Assembly (NCBI GenBank): GCA_963663385.2
Contig: CAXXXD010000001.1
Coordinates: 32,001-96,000, forward strand
Reading direction: 5' to 3'
Origin: Oceanispirochaeta sp.
GTDB taxonomy: Bacteria; Spirochaetota; Spirochaetia; DSM-2461
DNA: 64,000 nucleotides
This document shows positions 8,822-19,789 of the stretch, in pieces. Within the stretch, counting starts at the first letter, position 1; each line of letters opens with the position of its first letter. The translations under genes were made by a program, and so were the position numbers. The notes below the pieces were generated by a model, which saw nothing but the letters and a program-made list of their open reading frames with translations, was not told where the DNA came from and ran no database searches.

Positions 8822-9700
8822 TCAGAGACGGGACCGGATAAAGGCGATAAAATCCTCCCGGAAGGGAGAAACCGACTCTTTTCCATAGACAAAATACATC
8901 TCCCTGACCAGAGCCCCCGTTGAAAAGGGACGGGTCTTTATGGTTCCCAGCTGTCTCTCCTTCTCTACGGCCCGGGAAGACAACACCGACCAGCCGAATC
9001 CCGATTCCACCAGGGATTTGATGGCGGAGAGGCTGCCTACCTCCAGAACAGGGGGCGGCAGTTCCAGATCCTTGTTTATCCTGTACTGTTCCCATCTGTA
9101 TCTGGTTCCCGACCCCTCTTCTCTCAGGATCAGACGGCAGTTTCCCAGCTCCCGGGGTGAGATCGGCTCTTTTTCATCCGGAATGGCCGAAGCAGGCCCG
9201 ATAAGGATCATTTCATCCTCCAAAAAGAGTTCGGAGCCGTAGGGTTCCCTCCTGAAGGGGCCTTCCACCAGAGCCAGGTCCAGCTCCCCCCGTTCCAGCT
9301 GAGCCAGAACAGATACGGTATTCTCTATTAGGAGGCTCAGTTCCAGATGGGGATTCTTCAGGCCGTACTCGGCCAGGAGAGGAGGGAGAATAAACTCGCC
9401 TATGGTAAGAGTCGCTCCCAGCCTATAGGTCCTGCGGCCGCCGCTGAGGGGAGCCAGCTCCCTTTCCGTACGGCGGGCAAGCCCCACGGCCTCCCGGGCG
9501 GCGCATTCCAGGATCCTGCCGGCGTCATTCAGAACAAGACGGCGCCCTGCATGGTTGAACAGGGGAATATTATACTCGGCCTCCAGAGCCTTTAGCTGCT
9601 GTGAAACGGCGGGCTGAGTCAGCCCGAGTTTATCCGAGGCCTTATGAAGGGTTCCTTCATCGATAACCGTCAGGAAGGTTCTGATTTTTAGGTCAATCAT
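8822..9700 (-). CDS. LysR-family transcriptional regulator (CysL/YeiE-like)
   Basis: HTH LTQPAVSQQLKALE; LGATLTIGEF, ILREEGSGTR; divergent from YeiH-type gene. Confidence 0.9.
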   Translation of the reverse strand: MIDLKIRTFLTVIDEGTLHKASDKLGLTQPAVSQQLKALEAEYNIPLFNHAGRRLVLNDAGRILECAAREAVGLARRTERELAPLSGGRRTYRLGATLTIGEFILPPLLAEYGLKNPHLELSLLIENTVSVLAQLERGELDLALVEGPFRREPYGSELFLEDEMILIGPASAIPDEKEPISPRELGNCRLILREEGSGTRYRWEQYRINKDLELPPPVLEVGSLSAIKSLVESGFGWSVLSSRAVEKERQLGTIKTRPFSTGALVREMYFVYGKESVSPFREDFIAFIRSRL

Positions 9701-9835
9701 GGTTCCAAGGATAGAAAAGGCAGGGATTAAAGTAAAGATATTTTTATATTTACATTAAAAAATATAAATATTATTTAATTATCAATTCTGATACTCTCTC
9801 TTCCATACCAGAACAACAGTTGGAGGAGAGGGATA

Positions 9836-10813
9836 ATGAAGAGCGTTTTACCGGGACTGGGACTATGTATTGTGATGGGACTGGCGGCCTTTGCAGGAGC
9901 GGAACAGGTCCCCCTGGGGAGCGTTACCCTGGTACTGCTGGCGGGTATTCTTATGAGGAATTTTATAATCCGGGACGGAAAAGCAGTCGAAATCCTGTCG
10001 CCGGGGATGAACTTCTGTGAAAAACGGATTCTAACCTATGCGATTGCCCTGATGGGGGTGAATCTGGATTACAGGATTCTGAAGGATCTGGGATTTGAAA
10101 CCCTGATCCTGATTCCCGCCGCCCTGGTATTTACGGTCGGGCTGGCCCTTGCCATGGGACGGCTTTTCAGACTGCCCGTCAAACTGAGCCTTCTTCTGGG
10201 AGTCGGAAATGCCGTCTGCGGGACTTCTGCGATTGCGGCAGCTCAGGGAACGATAAATGCCAAAGAGGAGCATGTGGGGCTTTCGGTTGCTGCGGTCAAC
10301 CTTTTCGGAACCCTGGGTATCTTTCTCCTGCCCTTCCTGGCCAATCTGTTCTTCCCCTCCGATCCTTCGCAGAAGGGAATTCTCATAGGCAATACGCTTC
10401 AGGCCATAGGGCAGGTCACAGCCGCAGGATTCTCCCTGGGGGATATTACGGGTCAGACAGCCACGGTGGTCAAGATGGGGCGGATACTCCTTATCGGACC
10501 GGTGGTTCTGATCTTAAGCTTCTGGAATCCCCCAGCCCGAAAGGAAAACAGAACCGCTCCCGGAATCCCCGGCTATATCATTTTCTTTCTTCTCCTCTCC
10601 CTTGTCGGATCAACGGGCCTGCTCCCCGGCGAACTGACCGGGGTTCTGAAATATGCATCGAAACTGCTGCTTGTAACGGCTATGGCCGCCATGGGGCTGA
10701 AGATCAGATTCCGGGACCTTATACAGAAAGGCGGGACCGCTCTTTGTGTGGGCACTCTTGTCGTAACGGGACAGCTGCTTTTTTCCATTCTGATAATCCG
10801 TTTATTCTGTTAG
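9836..10813 (+). CDS. YeiH / putative sulfate exporter family membrane protein
   Basis: GNAVCGTSAIAA, ATVVKMGRILL motifs, many TM segments. Confidence 0.85.
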   Translation: MKSVLPGLGLCIVMGLAAFAGAEQVPLGSVTLVLLAGILMRNFIIRDGKAVEILSPGMNFCEKRILTYAIALMGVNLDYRILKDLGFETLILIPAALVFTVGLALAMGRLFRLPVKLSLLLGVGNAVCGTSAIAAAQGTINAKEEHVGLSVAAVNLFGTLGIFLLPFLANLFFPSDPSQKGILIGNTLQAIGQVTAAGFSLGDITGQTATVVKMGRILLIGPVVLILSFWNPPARKENRTAPGIPGYIIFFLLLSLVGSTGLLPGELTGVLKYASKLLLVTAMAAMGLKIRFRDLIQKGGTALCVGTLVVTGQLLFSILIIRLFC

Positions 10814-10923
10814 CTTCTCCGGATCGTAAAGCCCCCGGAAACAGCTGTCTTAATCGTTCCGTACCGGGGAATTCCCATCTGAATATCTGGCGAATTTCCT
10901 TACGCCCCTTATACTTATAATAT

Positions 10924-12888
10924 ATGGGGAATCAATCCGGATTCAGAATATTATTCCTCCTGATACTCCTTATGCCTTTCCTTGGGGCATGCGGAGACGG
11001 TAAGGCGGCAGACAGGGGAGCCTCCCCCCCGGCTTCCGGAAAATCGGATTTGGCAAAAGTGCTCTATGTGGATTCCTACAGCAGGGAGTACCTCTGGTCG
11101 CAGAAAATCCGGGAGGGACTGTTCAACGCACTGGGATTCACAACGGATAAAGAAGGACTCCCCCTGGAGGGGACAGGGGCCGTACGGCTGAAAATCCTGG
11201 AGATGGAGACCAAGAGGAATACGTCCGAAGAGTTTCTGGTCCGGGCCGGTACAAAAGCACGGGATGAGATTGAATCGTGGAAGCCCGACCTTGTTATCTG
11301 CAGTGATGACAACGCGGCCAAATACCTGATAGCCCCTTATTATATCGGATCGGATATACCCTTTGTCTTCTGCGGTATAAATCATGACGCGGCCGAATAC
11401 GGATTCACCGCCGAAAATATCACGGGCATCCTGGAAATACATAACGCCGTCAGCCTTGTCGAAATCCTTAAAAACTACACCGAAGGGACCAGGATTGCCT
11501 ATCTGGCGGGAGACAACATCTCGGGGCGGAAAATCGGGTTTTCCGTTCAGGAACAGCTGGAAGAGGAGGTGAACCAGGTCTATGTGAACAGCTACAGGGA
11601 ATGGAAGGAACAGTACATTGACCTGCAGGATAAGGCTGACATGCTGCTGCTGGAAACGGTTCACTATTTTCCCGACTGGGACGGGAACCTGAAGGCTCTG
11701 GAACGGTTTGTAAGCGATAAGACGCGCATTCCTTCCGGATCATGGGACAATACCCTTAAAGCCGTAACCCTTGTAACCATGGAAAGGACAGGAGAGGAGC
11801 AGGGTGAATGGGCGGGGAACACAGCATTACGGATTCTGAATAACGAAATAAAGGTCAATGAGATTCCCATCGCCAGAGGGAATAGGACTGCGGTATACCT
11901 GAACATGAAGATGGCCCGGGACCTCGGGATCCTGTTTCCCCCGGAGTTGCTGGAGATTGCCCACCTGACAAATGAGCTGGATACCATGAGGAAGGTACTT
12001 TATGTCAATTCCTACCATGAAGGGTACGTCTGGAGCGATGATGAGGAAAAAGGCTTTTTCAAGGCGATGGACCGCAGTGATCTGCCGATAGACCTGAAGG
12101 TATTCAGGATGGATACCAAACGGAATGATTCGGAAGAGTTCATTCGCAGAAAAGCGCTGGAAGTAAAAGCCCTGATTGATACATGGCACCCGGAGGTGGT
12201 CGTCGGCAGTGATGACAATTTTCCCAAATACGTGATAGCCCCCTATTACAGGAATACGGAGACCCCATTTATTTTCTGCGGGGTTAACTGGGATGCCTCG
12301 GAATACGGACTCCCCTGTTCCAATGTTACGGGGATGGTTGAAATCGACCCAATAGATAAGGCGATTGACCTCCTCGCCACGTTCAGTCGGAGCCGGAAAA
12401 CGGGTTTTCTGGGACTTGATGTTTTTTATGTACGGAAGATTATGGAGATATCTGAAAAACAGCCGGGAGTGGACTATGATCTGGTTCTTCTCGTTAAGGA
12501 TTTCGAGAGCTGGAAGACCGCATACAAACGCATGCAGGAAGAGGTCGATATCCTTATAATCACCAGTCCCTACGGACTTAAGGGTTATAATGAAAAAGAG
12601 GCTGTTCAATTCATTCACAATAATGCAGAGATTCCCTCGGGGGTAACCGTTGACGGAGAAATACAGTATGCCCTTCTGGGAATATCGAAAATTGCGGAAG
12701 AACAGGGCTGGTGGGCAGGGAACACGGCTCTGGAAGTCCTTTCCGGCCGCTCTGTATCCGACATACCTGTTGCCACCAATACTCAGATTAAATATCAGCT
12801 GAATATGGACCTGGCCAACAGGATGGGCATCGTATTTTCCCAGAACCTCCTTGAAACATCAGAGATATGGAGAAGTGAGAACGAATGA
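10924..12888 (+). CDS. Lipoprotein with two tandem ABC-type substrate-binding domains
   Basis: Lipobox LGAC; duplicated halves KVLYVDSY.../KVLYVNSY..., PFVFCGIN/PFIFCGVN, EEQGEWAG/EEQGWWAG. Confidence 0.75.
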   Translation: MGNQSGFRILFLLILLMPFLGACGDGKAADRGASPPASGKSDLAKVLYVDSYSREYLWSQKIREGLFNALGFTTDKEGLPLEGTGAVRLKILEMETKRNTSEEFLVRAGTKARDEIESWKPDLVICSDDNAAKYLIAPYYIGSDIPFVFCGINHDAAEYGFTAENITGILEIHNAVSLVEILKNYTEGTRIAYLAGDNISGRKIGFSVQEQLEEEVNQVYVNSYREWKEQYIDLQDKADMLLLETVHYFPDWDGNLKALERFVSDKTRIPSGSWDNTLKAVTLVTMERTGEEQGEWAGNTALRILNNEIKVNEIPIARGNRTAVYLNMKMARDLGILFPPELLEIAHLTNELDTMRKVLYVNSYHEGYVWSDDEEKGFFKAMDRSDLPIDLKVFRMDTKRNDSEEFIRRKALEVKALIDTWHPEVVVGSDDNFPKYVIAPYYRNTETPFIFCGVNWDASEYGLPCSNVTGMVEIDPIDKAIDLLATFSRSRKTGFLGLDVFYVRKIMEISEKQPGVDYDLVLLVKDFESWKTAYKRMQEEVDILIITSPYGLKGYNEKEAVQFIHNNAEIPSGVTVDGEIQYALLGISKIAEEQGWWAGNTALEVLSGRSVSDIPVATNTQIKYQLNMDLANRMGIVFSQNLLETSEIWRSENE

Positions 12889-15182
12889 AACTGACCGATC
12901 GATTCACATTCAGGCTTCTATCTCTTGTTATCGGGACCTTTCTTATATCCATGGTGACCCTTTTTATAATGGCCGAGCAGCAGCTGAATAAAATTATCGA
13001 TAAAAGCCAGACCTCCATTTTCGAGGAAAAAATCGATATTATCCTGGGAGAACTGCACAGACAGGACAGAAGGCTGCAGAGTACCGGCCTGGTTGAGGCC
13101 TATGAAAGGGATTTTAAGGAGAGGACCCTAACCTGGTTCTCCGAAAGTTTCTATGAGGACAATGTGTCGGAGATCTATCCTTTTATCATAGACAGAAACC
13201 TGAGTATTATCCTTCACCCGAACCTGCCGCCCGGGGAGGGATTCGATGCTCCTCAGGGAATTGCAGACTCCGGATCCGGATCCTTCACAGCCGCATTCAA
13301 CAATGAAAAGAAGTGGTACATATACAAACTGTTTGAACCGTGGGAGTGGATTATAACCTACGCGATTCCGGTTAATGAAAAGTACAGGGATGTCATTGCC
13401 TTTCGAAGGATGCTGTTACTGCTGATGACTGGTCTGACTGCGGTTTCCGTATTGGCTCTTGTTATCCTGATGATGAACTTCACAAAGCCGATCCTCTTTT
13501 TAACAGAGACAGCCCACAATATTGCCAAAGGAGATCTGGAACAGCCCATCACCCTGGATTCAAGAGATGAAATCGGCAGTCTGGCCAGCAGTTTCAAAGA
13601 GATGCAGGCTTCTGTAAAACAGAAGATCGAGGACCTGAACCTTGAGATAATCGAACGGCAGAAGGTGGAAAAGGAATTGAACCTGGCCAGGAATCTGATA
13701 GCCGGGATCATCAATTCCATGCCCTCTGTCATGATTGCAGTAGACCCGAAAGGTCGGGTAACTCAATGGAACGGGAAAGCAGTCCGCCAGAGCGGAATAT
13801 CCTCTGCGGATGCCCTGGGCGTCCCTATCCTGGAAGTGCTTCCCGGACTGAAGCCGGAAATGCCCCTGATACACAAGGCTATGGAATCGGAAGAGCCCCA
13901 GTTTATCCTCCAGAAAGAGATGATTGGAGAATCCGGCACAACCTATAATGATATAACCATTTATCCTCTTACCGGACAGGGACTGGAGGGAGCTGTTATC
14001 CGTATTGATGATGTAACGGAAAAAAAGCTGTTTGAAGAGCAGTTATCCCAGTCCCGCAGAATGGATGCCATAGGTCAGCTGGCCGGCGGGGTAGCCCATG
14101 ATTTCAATAATATGCTGGCCGGAATTACCGGAGCCGCCTCCCTGCTTCAAAGCTCTGCCTGGATTGACGATCCGGATGACCGGAAATTTATACAGATTAT
14201 TCTGGATGCGGCTGATCGGGCTTCCGAATTAACAGAAAAGCTGCTGACCTTCAGCCGGAAACAGACAAAATCATTTACCGTATTCAGTCTGCATGAAGTA
14301 ATTAATTCCAGCCTTGAACTTCTGGAAAGAACAATTGATAAAAAAGTAAAAATCCAGTATAAACCGAATGCACAGAACGAACTTCTGAAAGGTCGCTTTT
14401 TTTCCATCCAGAATGCCCTGATGAATCTGATAATCAACGCCTCACACGCCATGCCGGAAGGGGGGAGTGTCCGTATCACAACGGAAAACACCATCCTTCA
14501 AGACGCAGACTGCCGACACAGCCCCTTTGACCTTGTCCCCGGGCAATATATCAAAGTAATCATTGCCGATAATGGCACCGGGATAGCGCCGGAGAATCTG
14601 GAGAGAATATTCGAACCTTTTTTCACCACCAAAAAACACGGACAGGGTTCCGGACTGGGGCTCGCTTCTGTTTACGGAATTATGCAGAACCACAGAGGAG
14701 CCGTTACGGTAGAGAGTGTTCTCAAAAAGGGGACGACTTTTCTGCTGTATTTCCCCTGTACCGATGAAGGCAGGCAACAGACAGAAGTCCGTGATGAACA
14801 GAAACTGACAGGACATGGAAAGATCCTGTTAATTGACGATGAAGCGGTTGTCAGAAATACTGTCGAAAGTCTTCTGAAACAGATGGGGTATGAGATTATC
14901 TGTGCGGAAGATGGCAAGAGGGGACTGGAAATCTATCAGGCGCAGTCTGATCAGATTGATCTGGTTATAAGCGATATGATAATGCCGGGGTTAAGCGGCA
15001 GGGATGTTTTTTACAGGATTAAAGAGATAAACCGATCCTGTCCGGTTATTATCTCCTCCGGTTATACAAAGGATGAAAACCTGGACCAGCTTACAAACGA
15101 CGGACTTGCCGGATTTCTGCAGAAACCGTTCCGGAGAGATGAGCTGAACAGGATAATTTCTGCTGTAATCAGACCGAAATAA
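12885..15182 (+). CDS. Hybrid sensor histidine kinase (HAMP-PAS-HisKA-HATPase-REC)
   Basis: GGVAHDFNN H-box, FEPFFTTK, GSGLGL, C-terminal receiver LLIDDE...SDMIMP...KPF; ATGA overlap with upstream gene. Confidence 0.92.
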   Translation: MKLTDRFTFRLLSLVIGTFLISMVTLFIMAEQQLNKIIDKSQTSIFEEKIDIILGELHRQDRRLQSTGLVEAYERDFKERTLTWFSESFYEDNVSEIYPFIIDRNLSIILHPNLPPGEGFDAPQGIADSGSGSFTAAFNNEKKWYIYKLFEPWEWIITYAIPVNEKYRDVIAFRRMLLLLMTGLTAVSVLALVILMMNFTKPILFLTETAHNIAKGDLEQPITLDSRDEIGSLASSFKEMQASVKQKIEDLNLEIIERQKVEKELNLARNLIAGIINSMPSVMIAVDPKGRVTQWNGKAVRQSGISSADALGVPILEVLPGLKPEMPLIHKAMESEEPQFILQKEMIGESGTTYNDITIYPLTGQGLEGAVIRIDDVTEKKLFEEQLSQSRRMDAIGQLAGGVAHDFNNMLAGITGAASLLQSSAWIDDPDDRKFIQIILDAADRASELTEKLLTFSRKQTKSFTVFSLHEVINSSLELLERTIDKKVKIQYKPNAQNELLKGRFFSIQNALMNLIINASHAMPEGGSVRITTENTILQDADCRHSPFDLVPGQYIKVIIADNGTGIAPENLERIFEPFFTTKKHGQGSGLGLASVYGIMQNHRGAVTVESVLKKGTTFLLYFPCTDEGRQQTEVRDEQKLTGHGKILLIDDEAVVRNTVESLLKQMGYEIICAEDGKRGLEIYQAQSDQIDLVISDMIMPGLSGRDVFYRIKEINRSCPVIISSGYTKDENLDQLTNDGLAGFLQKPFRRDELNRIISAVIRPK

Positions 15183-15367
15183 AAAAGGGATCCCAGCCTT
15201 TCCGGCTAATCCGGCAGAGCCTCATTATGCTCAAATAGCCCGGTTTTTCTGAGAGACCGGCAGGATAGAGCGTAATGAGGCGGTTGCCCACCGGATTTAC
15301 AACCGGTTCAGAGTCTCCTTGAACCGGAGGAGAAAAGATCAGGCTTGAAGCCTCCTGGCTCTGACAG

Positions 15368-16135
15368 TCAGTGCTGCAGAATCTGGGAGAGAAAAAGCTT
15401 GGTCCTGTCTTCTTTAGGGTTGTTGAAAATCTGATCGGGAGGCCCCTGCTCAACAATCCTCCCGTCATCAAAAAAGATGATTCTGTCGGCCACGGCCCTG
15501 GCAAAGGCTATTTCATGAGTAACCACCAGAAGGGTCATCTTCGAGTGGGCCAGCTCTATCATTACATCAAGAACCTCCTTGATCATTTCGGGATCCAGTG
15601 CCGAAGTCGGTTCATCAAACAGCATAATCTCCGGTTTCATCGCCAGAGACCGGGCGATTGCCACTCTCTGCTGCTGCCCTCCCGATAACTGGCCGGGATA
15701 CTTATGGGCCTGATCTTCAATCCCCACCCTCTTCAGAAGAGCCATGGCTGTGTCTCTGGCCTCCTCCTTAGGGACCTTCTTAACCCAGACCGGGGCCAGT
15801 GTTATGTTCTGTAAAACCGTAAAATGGGGAAAAAGATTGAAACTCTGAAAAACCATTCCCACCTCGGAGCGGATCGTATTAATGTTCTTAACATTATGGT
15901 TCATCTCGATATCATTAACAAAAAGCGTTCCTTTCTGGTGCTCTTCGAGATGATTGATCGTACGGATAAAAGTGGATTTACCCGATCCCGATGGTCCCAG
16001 GATAACCACAACCTCTCCTTTTCGAATTTCCACATCGATTCCTTTTAGAACATGGAAATCGCCATACCATTTCTGCAAGCCGCAGCTTTTTATTATTATT
16101 CCTTCATTCATATCATCAACTCTCTTATTTATCAT
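15368..16135 (-). CDS. aapP: Amino acid ABC transporter ATP-binding protein
   Basis: [28 protein letters not shown]. Confidence 0.88.
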   Translation of the reverse strand: MINKRVDDMNEGIIIKSCGLQKWYGDFHVLKGIDVEIRKGEVVVILGPSGSGKSTFIRTINHLEEHQKGTLFVNDIEMNHNVKNINTIRSEVGMVFQSFNLFPHFTVLQNITLAPVWVKKVPKEEARDTAMALLKRVGIEDQAHKYPGQLSGGQQQRVAIARSLAMKPEIMLFDEPTSALDPEMIKEVLDVMIELAHSKMTLLVVTHEIAFARAVADRIIFFDDGRIVEQGPPDQIFNNPKEDRTKLFLSQILQH

Positions 16136-17282
16136 GGTTCATTGAAGCTTCAATCTTCCGGCTCGTCCGGGAAATACTGAAGCAAAGGATGAAATATATC
16201 ATCGAAAGAAACAGGAGCACCTGCTGACTGTCGCTCATAAACTCCGGGTTGGCGGCGATAGCGGTTGAAATCCCCACCAGATCGAGGAGTCCGATAATGG
16301 AGATCAAACTCGTGTCCTTTACCATTCCGGTAAAACCGTTTACCAGGACGGGTATAATATTCTTGATGACCTGGGGCAGTATAATCAGCACCATGGACTG
16401 AAACCTGTTAAAGTTCATGGCATAGGCCGCCTCATACTGGGTTTTTGAAAGCCCCTGGAACCCGCCCCGGATATTTTCCGCCATATAGGCTGCATGAAAC
16501 AGTACGATTCCCGCCATGGCCCGCAGTAAAACTCCTACGGCAAGATTGGCCGGCAGGGCAAGAGGCAGAATCAGATAGCCCAGAAACAGCAGGGTGATAA
16601 GGGGCACTCCTCTGATTATCTCGATAACGCCGATGGAGAAGTACCTGATGACAAGCAGTTCCGACCGCCGTCCCAGGGCCAGGAATAATCCCAGAATAAA
16701 CGAGAGGATTATGGATGTTATGGAGATGATCATGGAAAGGAGAAGCCCTCCCCATAGATTTGTCGGGACAACAGGCAGAAATCCTTCAGGGCCGGTCAGC
16801 CCGCCTACGGCCAGGTACATATACGGTATAAAAAGAACCCATCCCACAGAGATGATAAGAAGGGATTTCCCGCGGGAGATAAACCGCCCCAGCAGGTAAC
16901 CGGCAGCCTGAAGAGCAGAGAGCCCCAGAAGGCAGAACCTTGCAGAAGGGGAAAACCCGAGCAAAGCCAGCAGGAGCGGTGCCAGGAGCAGAACCCTCGC
17001 TGCTCCTTTCAGGCCGTTCTTCAGCAGGCAGTATGAGACTCCCGCCAGAAAAGAGGCGACCATAAGGATGGACCAGACTCTCCAGAGCTGCTCAACAGGA
17101 TAGGCTCCTGTCAGAATAAGCTTGAGGTTTCTCGGAATGACATCCCAACTGACAGAAAAGAACCAGATGCCGAGAGACCGGATGACTTTTGACAGAAAGA
17201 AGATAAGAAAAAGGGTGATAACGCTGTTATACCATGTATTGAAAAGGTTCTCTTTAACCCGGATATAGAGTTTATTATTCAT
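16125..17282 (-). CDS. aapM: Amino acid ABC transporter permease
   Basis: [34 protein letters not shown]...QYEAA. Confidence 0.85.
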   Translation of the reverse strand: MNNKLYIRVKENLFNTWYNSVITLFLIFFLSKVIRSLGIWFFSVSWDVIPRNLKLILTGAYPVEQLWRVWSILMVASFLAGVSYCLLKNGLKGAARVLLLAPLLLALLGFSPSARFCLLGLSALQAAGYLLGRFISRGKSLLIISVGWVLFIPYMYLAVGGLTGPEGFLPVVPTNLWGGLLLSMIISITSIILSFILGLFLALGRRSELLVIRYFSIGVIEIIRGVPLITLLFLGYLILPLALPANLAVGVLLRAMAGIVLFHAAYMAENIRGGFQGLSKTQYEAAYAMNFNRFQSMVLIILPQVIKNIIPVLVNGFTGMVKDTSLISIIGLLDLVGISTAIAANPEFMSDSQQVLLFLSMIYFILCFSISRTSRKIEASMNHDK

Positions 17283-18470
17283 CTATTTTTCCTCTAACTG
17301 GACTTTACTGTTGTAGATATTCATGATCAGGGAAGTAATCAGGCTCAGGCCGAGATAGATAGCCATTACAACCAGTATGAGTTCAAGAGCCCGTCCTGTC
17401 TGATTGATCAGGGTTCCGATAACACTGAAGAGATCGGGAAACCCGATGGCCACACCCAGAGAGGTATTTTTTGCCACCCCGAGATAGATGGATGTCAGCG
17501 GCGGAATAATGATCCTCAGAGCCTGGGGCAGAACAACCTGCCGGACTGTCTGAAAGGAGTTCAACCCCAGACTGTGGGCGGCTTCGACCTGCCCCTTGTC
17601 CACCCCCTGTATCCCCGCCCGGACAGCCTCGGCAATATAAGCCGACGTATAAAGGATGAGGCCGGAGAAAAGGCTCCCCCACTCGGACGAGATGCTCAGC
17701 CCTCCGGAAACGTTAAATCCCCTTAAAACAGGGTAGTCCGGAACAAGGGGAGCCCCGGAGAGAATAATCCAGCCAAGAGCCGACAGGCCCAGCATCATTG
17801 TAAGAGACCAGAAAAAGACCATGGGTTTTCTGCCGGTTTTAATACCTCTCCGCCTCAGGAAAACCCCGAAAACAAAGGACAGGACAAAGGCGGCCGCCAG
17901 CATAAAAAGGAAGGTTTTCCAGCTCTCTGACGGGGTCAGCCACACAAGGGATAACCCTCTGTTGGAAAGGAAGAGGCTTCCTCCGGTAATTCCGTCGGGC
18001 GTTTGGAAACGTCCTAAAACCAGAGCCTCCTTTATATGGGGCATTTCCATAAAAACAGCCCTGTACCAGAAGAGCAGAAGAACCAGAAGGGGGATATTCC
18101 TGATCACTTCGATATAAACCAGAGCGATATTTTTCACCAGCCAGTTCTTTGAAAGGCGGCAAAGCCCTATAAAAAGCCCGAAAAAAGTAGAAAAGAAAAT
18201 CACGACCAGACTTATTGTTATCGTATTCAGCAGTCCGACAATGATTGCTCTGAAATTGGAACCGGAATTATCAAAAGGGATTATATGTTCACCGATATCG
18301 ATTCCTGCAGAAAGCGACAGGAACCGGAAACTCGGTAGCATCCCGCGAGTCGTCAGAGCGGAAATGGTATTCCCGTACATGGCAGTCATTAGAAGTATAA
18401 GAAAAAGTGCAAACAGAAACTGCCCTGTAACACGCCATACCCGGTCGTCGTTAAGTTTTGTGAATTGCAT
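17283..18470 (-). CDS. aapQ: Amino acid ABC transporter permease
   Basis: VGLLNTI, IRNIPLLV, AYIAEAVRAGIQGV.KGQ.EAA, KNTSLGVAIGFPDL. Confidence 0.85.
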   Translation of the reverse strand: MQFTKLNDDRVWRVTGQFLFALFLILLMTAMYGNTISALTTRGMLPSFRFLSLSAGIDIGEHIIPFDNSGSNFRAIIVGLLNTITISLVVIFFSTFFGLFIGLCRLSKNWLVKNIALVYIEVIRNIPLLVLLLFWYRAVFMEMPHIKEALVLGRFQTPDGITGGSLFLSNRGLSLVWLTPSESWKTFLFMLAAAFVLSFVFGVFLRRRGIKTGRKPMVFFWSLTMMLGLSALGWIILSGAPLVPDYPVLRGFNVSGGLSISSEWGSLFSGLILYTSAYIAEAVRAGIQGVDKGQVEAAHSLGLNSFQTVRQVVLPQALRIIIPPLTSIYLGVAKNTSLGVAIGFPDLFSVIGTLINQTGRALELILVVMAIYLGLSLITSLIMNIYNSKVQLEEK

Positions 18471-18481
18471 TGAAAGTCCTT

Positions 18482-18522
18482 AAAAAAGAAAACCGATAGA
18501 AACCAGGAATCTATCGGTTCTG
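18482..18522 (-). terminator. Stem-loop/terminator between aapJ and aapQ
   Basis: AACCGATAGA-loop-TCTATCGGTT followed by T-run on minus strand. Confidence 0.6.
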
Positions 18523-18533
18523 CTTGAATATTT

Positions 18534-19613
18534 TTATCTGAAGGGCGGGCTGTACAGAAGACCTCCTTCAGTCCACTGCTTATTAAAGCCTCTGGGAATG
18601 GAGAGTCCGGAATCCGGTCCGAAATGCCTGTTAAACAGTTCGCCGTAATTACCGGTTTTCCTGATCATATTACAGGCCCAGTCATTGGAAAGACCGAGCT
18701 TGACGCCCAGTTCGTTTCTTTTGCCCAGGAACGCCAGCTCTTCCGGTTTCTCTGTTGAGCTCATGATGCTGTCGATATTGGCGCTTGTGATCCCGTGCTC
18801 CTCAGCAAAGAATAAACCGTAGAGACTCCAGTTGATAATATCGCCCCACTGATCATCCCCATGACGGAAACCGATCGCCAGAGGCTCCTTGGAGATTGTC
18901 TCATCCAGTAGCGTATAAGCCGAGGGATCCGCTGTATTCCTCATTCTTGTCATTAACCCTGAACGGTCCCCGGTCCAGGCATCGGCACGGCCTTTTTCAA
19001 AAGCGCCCATCAGCTCATCCAGATTCTCAAAGAGCACCGGTTTATAGGTAAGATTTCTTGATGCCATGATATCGGAGAGATTCCCCTCTGAAGTAGATCC
19101 TGTCAGAACACAGATGGCAGCCCCTTCCAGATCGGCTATGGTTTTAATACCGCTGTCTTTTCTGACCATGAAAGTCTGTCCGTCATAGTAGTAAGGAGCG
19201 GAAAAATCCAGGGACAGATCAGTATCCCGGGTTAAGGTATGAGTTGCCGTTCTGACCAGAAGATCGATTTCTCCCGATTGAAGAGCCGCGAACCGTTCTT
19301 TGGATGTAAGAGGACGGAACTGTATTTTTTCCGGATCGCCGAGGACAGCGGCTGCAATGGAACGGCCCATATCTGCTTCAAAACCGAGGTAATTACCGTC
19401 GGGATCAAGGTAGGAGAACCCCGGATTCGATGCATTGACTCCGACAATCAGGTAGCCCCTGTCCAGAACTGTCTCCAGAGTAGCCCCCGTATCTTTTGTT
19501 TCAGATACCGGGATATCCGCAGCGGGAGCGGCAACTGACTCCTTCTGCCCGCAGGATATAAATAATATCGCTATTAATGAAATCATTAATACCAACAATT
19601 CTCTCTTCTTCAT
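18534..19613 (-). CDS. aapJ: General L-amino acid ABC transporter substrate-binding lipoprotein
   Basis: RFAALQSGEIDLL, YYDGQ, ISKEPL, GNYGE, GGLLYSPPFR C-terminus. Confidence 0.88.
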   Translation of the reverse strand: MKKRELLVLMISLIAILFISCGQKESVAAPAADIPVSETKDTGATLETVLDRGYLIVGVNASNPGFSYLDPDGNYLGFEADMGRSIAAAVLGDPEKIQFRPLTSKERFAALQSGEIDLLVRTATHTLTRDTDLSLDFSAPYYYDGQTFMVRKDSGIKTIADLEGAAICVLTGSTSEGNLSDIMASRNLTYKPVLFENLDELMGAFEKGRADAWTGDRSGLMTRMRNTADPSAYTLLDETISKEPLAIGFRHGDDQWGDIINWSLYGLFFAEEHGITSANIDSIMSSTEKPEELAFLGKRNELGVKLGLSNDWACNMIRKTGNYGELFNRHFGPDSGLSIPRGFNKQWTEGGLLYSPPFR

Positions 19614-19789
19614 AATATCTCCTTATAAATGATTTGCGCGCTGATCAATTCGCTTCAATAGGACCTGTTGTCAGAAATATTCCTGAAGATATGGTATCTG
19701 GTGTTTTTTTGAGCAGTCAAACAGAAAAGAATCGGGCCTGTTCGATAGTTACTTTAGTAATACATCAACCATGGGACCTGTGACTTAAG

